From Macrostomum lignano (lineage: Eukaryota): a DNA stretch of 64,000 nucleotides. The notes beneath the pieces were generated by a model. That model made no database searches and was not told where the DNA came from. It worked only from the letters and a program-made list of their open reading frames with translations. The stretch spans positions 248,001 through 312,000 of the forward strand of contig NIVC01000143.1 of assembly GCA_002269645.1 (NCBI GenBank), in the 5' to 3' direction. Below are positions 1 to 12,000 of this stretch, piece after piece. The position numbers and the translations under genes were made by a program. Each line of letters opens with the position of its first letter. The stretch's first letter is position 1.

Positions 1-325
1 ATTAACTTTAGGGATCTTGCAGGTGATTAACTTTAGGGATCTTGCAGGTGATTAACTTTAGGAATCTTGCAGGTGATTAACTTTAGGGATCTTGCAGGTG
101 ATTAACTTTAGGAATCTTGCAGGTGATTAACTTTAGGGATCTCGCAGGTGATTAACTTTAGGAATCTTGCAGGTGATTAACTTTAGGGATCTTGCAGGTG
201 ATTAACTTTAGGAATCTTGCAGGTGATTAACTTTAGGGATCTTGCAGGTGATTAACTTTAGGGATCTCGCAGGTGATTAACTTTAGGGATCTCGCAGGTG
301 ATTAACTTTAGGGATCTCGCAGGTG
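1..325. repeat. 25-bp minisatellite, 13 copies, truncated by the window start
   Basis: Unit ATTAACTTTAGG(G/A)ATCT(T/C)GCAGGTG repeats head-to-tail with exact period 25 from position 1 to 325. Confidence 0.97.
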
Positions 326-639
326 AATGGCTTTAAAAATGTTGTCTTGTATCCCTGTATTACATGAAAATTTCGCGTTGTACAGTCAAGAAATAAATTA
401 ACAAAACTTGTTTTGCAGGACTAAAACATCAAAAAATGTTTGAGACTTGCGTTACTATGAGCAAAATAATGTTATTAAAAATTCATGCACGCATTTTCCA
501 TTGATTTTAATTTTAGCTGGATAAAGATTCTAAAAATTTTAACAAAACAAGTTTTCATATCAGATCAAACTATTTTATCATTTTTCTTTTGGTTTTTACA
601 ATATGATCACATTGACAGAATTAAGATGAAAACAGAATT

Positions 640-926
640 GTAACAGATGTTGATTAGGCTGTCAGTCACTGAATGTTCATGAGAACATGATGAAATCAAT
701 TTGCAGTCTGATTCAGCGGATTCTGAGAGCAGGTGCTTAAATAATCGAAGAACATGTACACACAATATTTGAAGCGATATAATAAGAACATCTAAACATA
801 TTTATCAGAAATATGTGAAGTAAAATTTCTCAAACAGCTCGCGAAAAAGCCAGAGAAGCTTACAAATTCCGAGTTCAACTCAAGCTGCTGCATCAAGTCT
901 CTCCAGCTTCTCCCTGACCCAGCCGA
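640..926 (-). other. Detached ancestral C-terminus (GWVREKLERLDAAA*) and 3' flank of cGLR paralog 1
   Basis: 880-926 encodes the same last residues as paralog 2 (57348-57395). The flank 656-880 aligns with ~57100-57350 and includes one copy of the 37-bp repeat unit. Confidence 0.8.
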
Positions 927-1421
927 CCTTTGAATTTTGCAGCTTCATGCAGATAACTGCTACCTGTGCATTTGGCTTGAATATTTCATTAAAAAGCATT
1001 GGCAATTGGGTATTGAAGTCCGCACAACAAATTTGCAAAGAAAAGCCCGCATCAAAGCAGACACGCAGTTTGAACGGAAAAAGCAATTCAGCATGCAGTG
1101 TGAATTGAATTGCAGCACAAATATGCAAAACTGCAGTTCATAGCAGGAGGGCTGCTCTCACTCGATGGCTCTCGACTTGCTCATTTCCTAGAAAAGCAAC
1201 AAAGTCAACAAGAAAAATCCATAAACAATAAATTAAGATTATTTATTGTCAAAGGATATTTTGGCATCTAAAAATAATTAAACTAAAAACTCAAAAACTT
1301 ACCGACTCAACTAATTTCAACAGAAAAACAAGGAAACCCAATTGTAAAAGTACACCGTTATAATTAGGGCTGAAAGCAAAGTGCAGAAAAACTTGAAAAT
1401 CTGATCAACGAAGTCCTCAGG

Positions 1422-3013
1422 TCACTGCAGTCTCATCCGACTGAGCTTGGCGTGAGTCCAGCTGTCTCTCTGCTCCGCTGCAGTTTCCATGGCAACAAGG
1501 CGACCCAAGTCGGCCCCGTCTCGCCCCAGCTTCGCCCACGTCCACAGCCTTCGTTCCTCATCTTCCATGCTGCGGTGAGCGCCGCTGTCGCTGCCGCTGC
1601 GGTTCGAAACTCGCCACCGCTTCTGCCTGACCCAGCCGATCTTCTCCTTGTCCTGCGTCTCCATGGCGACGCGTCTCTCTTTCTCGATCATCTCCATCTG
1701 CTGCAGGCTGAGCTCCACGTGCTCGCGGCAGTCGCTGTAGTGAGCCAGAGTGAGCAGCTCCTCCAAGTCCGGGTCCTCTTTCAGCTCTCGCTGCCAATCC
1801 TCCAGTTTGATTGAAGATGCTTGATTGCGGAGCAGCTCAGCTTGGAGACTCCAGCTCAGGCAGCGGAAGTTCACGTACAGGTGGGAGGAGAGAGGCTGCG
1901 ACAGTCTGGATGTGAACAGAGTCTGCGTGAACTCGGGAAGGAATGGGAAGCGAGGTGGAGAGTCGCAGGGGAGGCAGAACCTCCACGCCAAGTCTGCGAC
2001 TTCTAGAAATTTCGTTGACCCATATTCAGCTGTTCGAATATTCTGTGGTTTAAACCCTGACTCAACCTGATGTCTCTGCAGCTCCATCGCGAGTCTCTCA
2101 GCCTCCTCAGATTCTCCGAACTTCAAATGCGCCATGGCGGTCATGCACAAGGCGGCGCACTTGCACCACTGCAACTTATTCAGGAGACTTAGTTGCCTTA
2201 CCAGGGTGTCTCTGTCGCTCGATTCTGACTGCAGCTCGCTCACACACTGGTGCACCACACTGTACACATCTGCGAACTTGTAGTACATTTCTGGATAGCC
2301 AGTTCCTTCCCTGATCTCCGTGACAGCAGGCGGCGCTTTCAGAGGCAGCAGAGTGAACGGGTGAAAGTAGAACTTCTCTGACTGCAGAGGTCCCACGTGT
2401 CTCCTCAGCTGCTCGACCACTCCGCCGATGTCGCTTCTCAGCTCACAAAGTCGGTCTCGAACCCTCGCCTTCGTGTTGTCGAAGTCGCCGCCGATTCCAG
2501 CGTTCTTGAAGTAGAGCGGAGCGTCTGGCATGAAGAAGTGCGGCATGCACTCATCGGGCGAGCTGCTCGAGTCGATGAAGCTCAGCATCATGTCGAGAGA
2601 CTCCTTGAGCAGAGCGATCAGATTGTGGGGCTGCCAAGCCACACTTAAAGGACGTTTGCCATGTTTCTCTAGCATTGTGAAGAGCAGAGTCTTTGCATGG
2701 TAGGTCTTGAGTCCAGGTGTGTCCATAGTGTCAGGCAAGTATTTCTTGAAGATGAACTTGATGAGTGTGAACAGCTGGCCCTGGACTGTGCTCAGCCATC
2801 TCATGATGTGTTTCTCTTGGAAGCTGAAGCTCACTCTGAGCTCGTTGGTCGAGCTCGGTCTGGTCGCCTGAACGAGGTGAACTTTATCAAAATTGTGTGA
2901 AAGCAGATTTTCAACCATGTCTTCACAAAACCTGCTGCAGCACTTGATCGCATGGCACGTGTCCTGTGCAGGCCGCACACCGCATGCCGTGGCTGTCACT
3001 GCAGGTTGGCTCC
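1422..3013 (-). CDS. cGLR paralog 1, last exon: third catalytic Asp, Mab-21 C-terminal lobe, helical TPR-like region
   Basis: Acceptor tttgcag|GG. Motifs QDTCHAI (third acidic residue), LRVSFSFQEK, GLKTYHAKTLLF and MPHFFMP are typical of Mab-21/cGAS family C-lobes. Confidence 0.88.
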
Positions 3014-6000
3014 CTGCAAAGCGCATTGAGTGTCACTTTGTGGCGAGTGAAAAATCGGGTCGGTCACAAACTGTAGAATATCTGTTGGCTGTTTGGGATT
3101 TCTGAGTATTTACCGTCCATTGAAATATCCTTTTCAACAAAAAGGCAGTTTTTCTCTTTTCTAAGCTGAAAGCTTCGACAAAAAGTTTTACAACATTTAT
3201 AAAATTGGAATCCATATAAAGTTTTATATAAATCAGCCAAAATGCATTTGCAAGTCTATGCCAAGCCTCTGCTTTAGCTGTTCCGGCTTCAAAAGGTTGT
3301 AACTCAGTACAACTGCTCAAGCATTCTCAGGACTCAGGATTTAATATTTGACGATGTACGCTAGCGAATGTACACTGCAGCGCCCGCGAGAGCTAAAATT
3401 ATGCTATGAACAGAGCAGCAGCACCTCAGCAGAGCCATGCCGCCTACCGTGGGTCACCCAAGCACCGCTGCACCCACTCTGCTGCAATCGGAGCCTGTGA
3501 ATTCAGAACCCAATGGCCCGGCTCAGCCAGTTGGCATCAGAGTTTTTTCAGTTTTGCCTGAAATTTGTTTCTTGTTACAAAAGTGAATCTTTGCCCCAGG
3601 CGGACATTCGAAGTCACAGAAGCTGCTAGAGGCTGGGTGCCACTCGGTTTCGAATTTAAAATTGAGCAAAGTTAATGGGAGATAATAAGTTGCATGCGGA
3701 TCTCAGCATTCTGATGATGAATCCAGCCTCACTCACCTGCTCCCACTGACACCTGTGCGTGGCCCTCCGTGACCTGCTGTCGAGTATCATTTCTGCAAGA
3801 ACCAGATCGTTCTCTGCAGCCACCTTCCAGATGGAACTGCTGCCCAGCAGCCAGCACAGTCCAGTCAATGTCCGAGTCTGCAGCTGTCCTGCCGTTCACT
3901 TGCACCAGACTGTTAGCCCAGCCCTCTGCGTAGCTGCCCGTCATCTGCCTGCCATCCTGTGTGAGGACTTGAGTAACTTTTTCTAGCCAGTCAGCCAGTC
4001 TCTGCTGACACTTTGCTCTTTGGTCGGTGAATCCCGCATCGCTGAGCAGTCGATGCAGCTCCTCGCTCAGACGCCTGTCTTGCTGGGAGTCGTCTGAGAG
4101 CCTGGAATGATTCGAGATGCGCGTGGGTGATTTGCTCAGAGTTGGAGGGACAGAACGAGCAGGAGAGCTGAGAGTGCAGCTGCTGCAGCACTCAGACTGG
4201 CATCTCAAGCAGGACAGCTGAGTCTATTTCATTCGCCACCTTCCTGAGTTTCGCTGCAATTTCTGCCGCAGCTGCCAGTCTGTTGGAAGCATGGATGTAT
4301 AATATAACTAGATCGCCAGAAGCTCGATTTTTTTGGTCCTAGCCATAGACAAGCACCAGCATCACAAGAAGCTCATAATGCCGTACTTTCACACACAGAC
4401 AAATAGCCGCTGCAGGGCTGCAAACCTTTATTTATGAAGTATTCTATTTTATGTCCAAGCACATGCTCGCAATATATGCAGGGCGGCAAAAGATAGCTTC
4501 GCGAAATGAATAAGGACGTCAGAATTTGTGCTGCAATCGGATGCCTATCCAAAAGTGGACAAGGCACGAAACCTGTCACCCTTTTTTCCTATCCAATCGG
4601 TGATCCATATCGACTAGCGCAGTGGAACAGCAATGTACAAGCAAAGCCACATTTCAAATTCGGAGCTCGTAAGTTCCTTTGTGAGCTGCACTTCGAATAG
4701 CGAGACATGCAGGCTTATGGGAGGAGCAAGCGACTGATGACTGGCGCAGTTCCGAAGCTTGAGTGGACTAAGCTTGAACCGCAAGAGCTCCCGATCCAAA
4801 CTTTTATCCAAACGAAGCTACTGGAGACTGTTAGTTTGAAATGCCGATGCCTGTCAGTTGCAGCGCGGCAACCACACGCACATCAGTTGACCCACCAACA
4901 AACACCCGACAGCGCCCGTTGATGCGGCTGAAGCACAAGAAGCGCACGATTAAGACTTTTGGTCCACGCGTTGCAAAATGGTAAAGTACCGAAGCGACCT
5001 TAAAACATGTAAAGCAAATGTTGACTTCTGAAGGTCTCAAGCTGTTTTCTTTACGACCACGAAATACCACAGGTCGTTTCAATAACCACGTCAAAGACTT
5101 CGCCAAGAGGATCAACTTCTGCTCTCCAAAAGCATATCGAGAGTTGAGAAAATTGATGCACCTCCCTTCGCCGTCAACCTTGCGGTCTTGGATTGGAGCA
5201 GTGGATGGCAGGCCTGGCATTTCCATTGCTGGAGTCAAGAAGGTTGAAGCCCCATCGAAACAGATCTTCGATAGCGTCGCTTGCAGCGACTGGACTCTAG
5301 TCATTGATGGCATGCATCTTCGAAAGGAGTTGTGTTGGGAAGCTAGCGAAGGAAGAGTGGTCGGCTATTGTGACTCAGGGATCCATGAAAATTTAGGTCA
5401 CAAACTTGCGTCTGAGGCAATCGTTTTCATGGCCTGCCATCTTCAGCGACCGTGGAAAGTGCCAGTTGCGTACATTTTTACATTTGTACATTTGTACATG
5501 TAAATTGTACATTTACATTTGTACATTTTACATTTTTGCGACCATCAGCATCACTTTGCCGACTGGCGAACATTTGCGAGTCGGCTGTGAAAGGAGTCAG
5601 AACTGACGAACTGTCTGTAGACATACTCGATCGTCTACTTCCAATCTGCATACAACAGGGTATCGAGTTGTCACTCTTCGCTCACGTTTGCAGCAATGGA
5701 GCACTCGAAGAAAACTATCAATATTTTATAGTGCAGACGATTTCTAAGAAATATCTTTGCATTAGGTTGCGGCATGTACTTCGGAGGCTTAATGCTGTGA
5801 ACACAACAACTGTGCGTCAGATGCTAACAAAAAAAAATTCATGGGTCAGTGACTTCAAATTTAATTTGAATGCCTTAAATTTATTGTCTTTACTTGACTC
5901 TCATTTGTCTTGCGCGGTTGGCTTGCAACTCATTTGGCTGTTTGTTTTAGCCTTTTATTGTTTGTTTGTTTGCTGTCTGTCTACGTACTTGTTTGCTTAC

Positions 6001-9000
6001 TTGCCTACTTTCGTGTCTGTTTTGTATTAATTCCTTTACATATTCGTTTTCTTCTTTGCTTGCCTTCACATTTGCAATATTTTCACTTATCCTACTAAGT
6101 ATACTGATAAATAAAGGTTTGCAGCTTCTGCAGCGGCTATTTGTCTATGTGTGAAAGTACGCCATTCTGAGCTTCTTGTGATCAAGGAGTTCTATAATTA
6201 TCAATAGCAACCCTAATAATTATAATAATAATTATGATGTAACCGCCCTTGTCGCCTGTCCGCTCCTATTGAGAGACGAACGCTTGGCTAGAGGGGGCAA
6301 TGACCGTAGGCTGCCTATGACCGGGCAATGACCTGACGGACCTCCAGCACCAGACTGTCCCGCCCACATGATTAGTAGCTTTGGTAGCGCTTCGAGACCA
6401 GAGGGCCAAGGACCCACATGGACCCCACCTGTAGCCAAGGTGCAATAGTTGGTCACTCGGTCATGGTATGACCGAGTGGCTGCCACCACTCTATGTGACC
6501 TGGCGCACCTGGATCTTTCTACCAGACCTCTCGAGGCTAGAGCCCCGCCTGGGATGGTTACCAGGAGATTTAGGCTAACAGGGGAGACACATGCAGCCGA
6601 GTACAGGGACTCTGCTTGGGGCATGATCGGGAACTCTGGGCTCAATCTGGAGGATTTCTCAGCAGGGGATCCTTTGTGGCTGTGAGCGAGGCGGACTTGC
6701 GGCGTCAATTACTAAGAGTAGTATGAGGCGAACATGTACTGTCTATAGTTTAGATTGCTCAGGGCGAAGGGACGCGTCAGCATGGGGTTGCAACCTTCCT
6801 ACTGCCATTCTGTGCCAAGACTCGCTAATTGCCCTCCACTGCACGCACTCACGAACCCGCCGCACGCACTCACACAGGCGGGCTTTGCACGGGGAGAGGC
6901 CATTAGCTTACCCAAACTTCCTTATGCTTTGCCACCCCGGGAGAAAGGCTTAGTAGCATGAGACCGGCATAGCAACATGAGAAATAGGGAAATTGCGCAA
7001 TCCGGAGGTGGGGTGGGGGGATAATTGGCGCAGCGGGTGGTCGCGAAAGTGTTGCGCAAGCAAACATTGAGAACAATAGGGCTGGGGTCGAGAACAAAGG
7101 AATTGGAAATCGGGGATAATTGGGGAAAACTGAGAACAATGGAAAAGTGAACATTGGAGAAAAGGTGAAAATTAGGTGCGAAAACGAGATCAAAAGAAAG
7201 AGAAAATCGGAGAAAATGTGATAATTGGTGGGGGTCGAGAGAACAAAAGAATCGAAAACGAGAACAATAGAAGCGGAGGTGGGGTGGGTGTCGCATGAGA
7301 AATTTGGGGAGGAGAACAATGGCATGAGAAAAGGTTGCGCAAGAGAGGGGGATGAGTCATCGATGAGTCACCGAGGGGGAGAAGGGGTCACACGACTTGC
7401 GTCACCGTTTGGGAGTTTGAGAGGGGATGGGGAGACGGTGAGCACACAAAGTACTGTAAGTAGACACAGGGAAAGAGGGGACAGCGCAGGAAAAGAGTGC
7501 AGAGGGAGACAAAAAAGAGGGGAGATAGGGAAAGTACAGGAAGAATAGGGCGGAAAACAGAAGAGATAGGGTAGAGGGGTAGGTACAGAAAGGGGTGGGG
7601 AGCTCCGGAAAGGCAGGTGTGGCGGCAGGGGAGACGGAACCAAGGCAGTAGGAGGGGTGCAGCAGAGCGGGAGTCTCCAGGCCTGGGCGGAGACCTGGCC
7701 GAGTCTCGACAGCTCTTTGCAGAGGGTGCACGGGATAGGAGGCACTCTCGAAAAAGTTCCCATGCCCTATCCCGCGACCAGAGCGTGGTTACATCAATTA
7801 TAATTGCTAATTATAGAACTCCTTGCTTGTGATGCTGGTGCTTGTCTATGGCTAGGACCAAAAAAATCGAGCTTTTGGCGATCCAGTTATATTATTCATC
7901 CATGGTTTCATCCATGGTTGCAATGCGGCAGTGAAAGCCGAACCGGTCAGACTCACCGATGGTGGCCCGAATCCAAGCGGTGAGCGGCTGCCTGCCGGGC
8001 ATCTGGGCTTCTGCAGTGCGTGAAGGAAAGCCAGGGTTCTCACAGCAGTTCAGTCTGAGATTATTCACTAATCACTTCACTGAGTCGGGATCTTCCATTG
8101 CATTTCCAGGCAAAGTGCCTAGTGCAGCTTCATCGAAATTCCAGCGGTTTTTTAGTCGAAAAAAGCAAAAGCGCAGGGACAGGCACGCAGAAGTAGAAGA
8201 CCGAAAGAAAGGAGGCAATGAGCAAGAGACAGTCGAGTAATGAACGGAGGAAATCCGCGAACTAAAAAGGAAGGCCACTTGCTAGACCGGAAATCTGAGA
8301 CTTTAGTGCTGATGAGTTTAAAATATTGAAGCGTCTGCGGTCTTCAGTGAGCTGCATCTGAGCAAACCGGTGCCAGACAGGGGCTGTTCGATCCTGATAA
8401 GATGTGCTGTAGGGTTCAGAAATTTGACATTAGGATAAGAAATTAAATAAGCGAGGCGAAGCCAGAGTTCAGAGAGCATTATGATGCAAAAAAGCAGCCC
8501 ACTAGAGGTAAGAGAACGCCAGAAGCAAGAAAACACCGAAAGTAAGAGAAAGCCGGGAGCAAAAGGAGACCAAGGCATCGAATAGGCTTTTCTCCTTACT
8601 GTCAGCCGGATTTTTGGTTCCCACTGCGCTTCATTTATATTTTAAATGTTTGCACCTAAATTTGAAAAAACATTTTTAAGCCGACGATTGAGGTGGGGTT
8701 CGGGTGAGAATATTGAGTGCATACAATGCTCACACCACTTCCAGTAGGAGCTAGAAGGCGCAATACAAAGTATGAGCTGCATAGAATGTAGTCATAGTTG
8801 CGAAAGACGGCTGAACCTAAAACTAGCTGTGTATAATTTACATTTGTTCGATGTTGCCTATAAGAGTTTACCTTCCCACGCGCATGTTTTTCAGTGTTTT
8901 AAATAAAAAGGAGAAACAATGGAGGCGCTCAAGGGGGCCGTAGCCCAGCGGTAGCGCAGCTGCTCTGGTGTGCCAGCGACCCAGGCTCGATTCCAAGTGC

Positions 9001-12000
9001 AGTCAACATTAATTTGGGGCTGAGTTGGAATCTCGGCTTGGCTCTGCTCGTGCAATTAACGGCCTTGAGAGCCAACCCCCCAAGGCGCAGTGAAGTGTAC
9101 ATGCCTAACGATAAAATAAAGTTAGGCCGTTGTACACTTCTGTGTGAGTGTGTGCCTGCGTACGTATCCGCGCGCTTGTATGCCTGCTCAGGGTAGTCGG
9201 CGGAATGGGCAGTAATGCCTCTCGCCGGTTGTGTGCCAATGTCGCTTAAAGTGCGCCAGGGTGCACACCCCCCTGCCTGTAATAAAAAAATGGAGGCGCT
9301 CGCTTCACTGTTCTCTCGCCCGCCTCTGCGGGGCCCAAAGGCTTGGCCATTGACCCGGCTGGGCTGTGTAGACTGCAGAAGCCTGGGCCCAGAAAAACCA
9401 TGCTTCGAGTTTAATTCTTTGCTATCCGGCGTGAGCAGAAGGCGCAGGCAGGACTTAACCTACCTGTTACACAAAGTAAATGGCAAAAGTTCACTGAAAA
9501 AAGTATTTACATTAAACGATAAAAATAGAAGCTCCTTGCTTTCTGGCCGATCCTACAAGCAGCTGAGCCTCTCGCTGACTGGTTTCGGTCGCTGTCTCAT
9601 CCGGCCGGAACCTCGTTTTCGTCGAATAGCTGAGCCCAGGCCTCAGGCGCCTGGAGCTGAGAGTCCCACAGTCCGTCAGCAGTCGCGTCTACGGTAGCCT
9701 GCAAGTCATCGCCGGGTCGTAAATAGTTACGCCGTTCCACGAATGGTTTGAGCCGGTCGGTGGTGCACCACCTGCCTGCGTCGCATCCGCACGCGATGCC
9801 GGTTGCATTCAGTAGTTGACCTCGCCGAGCTTCTTCAGGATGATGTACGGCCCGGTCCAGCGGTTATTGAGGCTTTTCGATCTGCCAGGTTTCACCACCT
9901 TGCAGATCAGCATCACCAGGTGGCCCTCCTCGGATGGCCGGAATCGAGTCTCCATGTTGTACCGCTCGTTGCGCTCGGCCTGCGACGTCTACAGCTGCTG
10001 ATGAACACGCGCCCGAGTGTCCCGCAGGTGCCTCTAAGTTGTCTCTGCAAAGTGCAGAGCATCAGTGAAGCCATCCTGTGCCTTTGGTAACTTGGAGTCG
10101 ATTGACAGCCTTGGTGGCCATCCGTGAAGCGTCTGGTACGGCGACAAGCCCATGGCTGAGTGCACTTAGTTTTTGAAGGCCCACGTAACGAAAGCGAGTT
10201 GGAGAACCCAGTCGTCCTGGTCCTCGGTCACAACCGTCGCTAGCATGTCACCAAAGGTTCGATTGTCGCGCTCGTATAGGTCGTTGCCGCTGGAGGTGAA
10301 GTGCGGCTTTTTCGAGCCTCTGGCACAGAAACTGGAACCGTTGGCTTTTGAATTGACGCCCTTGGTCGCTGCGGGGCACAGTTTCTGCCAGATTTAGATA
10401 TTGATTGAAATCATAGGCGCCCGGAGCGCCATTGGAGATGACGAGCCAGAAGTGGTCTGACAGGAGCTTACCCCAGGCGTTGCGGGTCTCGGGTCTGGCC
10501 GCCTCATCCCAGGAGTGGAAGGCTTGGAAGGCTGGCGATATAGGAATCTGGTGCAGAGTACGGTGAGTCAGTTTCTCCGGTCGCGATAGCTTAGGCTTCT
10601 TGAGGGAGATATTGTCGAGAGCTGCGTCCCAGCTAAGTCCCAGGATTGTCCTGGAGTTGGGATATCGCCGAGGCGAACTTTTTGCGAAAGGTCGGCGTGG
10701 AAGTCAGAGAGGTTTGTGGTGGACCCTCGGAGATGGAAGCAGGCTCTTGAAGATGGAAGCAGACTCGGCGGAAGAGCTCGCGGAGGCCGGAGACAAGACG
10801 GGCAGCATCTTTCTTGGTGTCATCGCCTATGACGAAGTTATCGACGTAGATACCGCGGTTGATGCGCTTGAGCTCGGGTCAAGTTAGATCGGAATGTTTA
10901 TTGCGTCCATGCAGATCTTGTAGATAACCGCTAGAAGAACCCACGGACCAGAAGAACTTGCATCGGCCATACCGATGCGAGTGAAGCGCCAGAGCTCAAA
11001 GTTGCCCTGTACTAGCGCCTTGGTGATGTCCTTGGGGAGGATGATGGCGTTGCAGTGAAGCTCCTGAACACAGGTAAAAGGCGGCCTTGAGGTCCGATGA
11101 GATGCTGAAGCGGTGAGCGCGGTAAACTAGAACGACTGGCAGCATGCAGTGCATCGGAGTCTGGAGCAGTGGTTCTGGCGAGAGACATCTGCACCGGGTG
11201 GAGTGTCGTCGATGAAGATAGTGCGCGTAGTGTTAGCCAGGCTCTGCTGTAAAGATCATTGTGGTGAATCCTATAGGACGGGCTGCTTGGCAGGTCTTCA
11301 ACCACGCTCTGCTGCCAAATTGTCCAATTGATAATAGGACAAATACCAAAGACGGAACTAACACTTCACTTGAATCTAAAGGGGTGTAAACTTTAAAGTC
11401 AAAATGGAGCCTGAAGAATTGGGTCGTCAGTTCATACGCCAATCTCTTCTTTTGGAGCCAAAAATGCTCCTGTTATGTCGAAAACCCAACCGCTTTACCC
11501 GCCGGGGAATAGAGTCGTTTCTTTAGACGATTCCGCTGGGAAACGCACTCGTTTCTCCCTAAAAAAACGGCCAAACAAAAAACGTCTTAGGAAGTCGATT
11601 CTTTGGATAAGAATCGCCACTCAGAGCAGTATTTCTTGGCATTGTTTGGAAACGGTCAGGAAAGAGCCGAAGCGATGGAATCGAATAAAGAATCGAAAGA
11701 ATCGTCGTTCGATTCCTGGGTCGATTCCAAAATTTCTTTCGATTCTGTTCTCGCACAGAAACGAAGCAAGATTTTACTTCGATTCCTGGGTCGATTCCAA
11801 CCATTCCTTTGATTCTGTTCTTTACATAGAAACGATGCAAGATTATAATCTAGTATCATTTAAATGTTCGCAGTGTAGACTGCACTTTTTTGTAAAAAAA
11901 TTACGTCGCAAAATGTTTTTGGTTTTGGAACACGCATTGAAAAATTAAAAGTCAATCTATCTAGTTAACCATCTATCTAATGGATCTATCTGATTTTATT

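Larger units (their letters stand above)
4290..7904 (+). mobile_element. Internally deleted P-element-superfamily (THAP9-like) DNA transposon with ~146-bp TIRs, in a cGLR intron
   Basis: Left TIR 4290-4435 (CATGGATGTATAATATAAC...) is the reverse complement of 6107-6182 plus 7834-7904; the right TIR is split by an insertion. The homologous intron of paralog 2 (59671-59690) is empty. TSD is imperfect (GTTGGAAG vs GTTGCAAT after a duplicated terminus at 7905-7916). Confidence 0.9.

Noticed and set aside
1-325. Telomere or CRISPR interpretation of the 25-bp array (it contains TTAGGG)
   Set aside because: TTAGGG is only embedded once per 25-bp unit, there are no unique spacers, and the context is eukaryotic.
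1422-4101. Calling the NTase genes cGAS, MAB21L or a bacterial CD-NTase/CBASS operon
   Set aside because: The genes have spliceosomal introns and no operon context, lack the vertebrate cGAS zinc-ribbon motif, and are too divergent from the highly conserved MAB21L proteins. Only a family-level cGLR/Mab-21 call is supported.
4200-4280. BH3-like peptide IAAKLRKVANEID if the acceptor ttccaacag (~4280) were used
   Set aside because: It lacks the key G/A-D pair (has A-N), ends in a stop, and is out of frame and partly deleted in paralog 2. The conserved in-frame acceptor is at 4102, so this stretch is most likely intron.
6903-7763. ORFs in the purine-rich part of the solo LTR and in GA-rich tracts at 16.9, 53.5 and 54.8 kb
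   Set aside because: Compositional bias only; no domain motifs.
8933-9005. Functional tRNA gene
   Set aside because: The B box and acceptor stem are imperfect, and it continues into a SINE body with an A tail and TSD.
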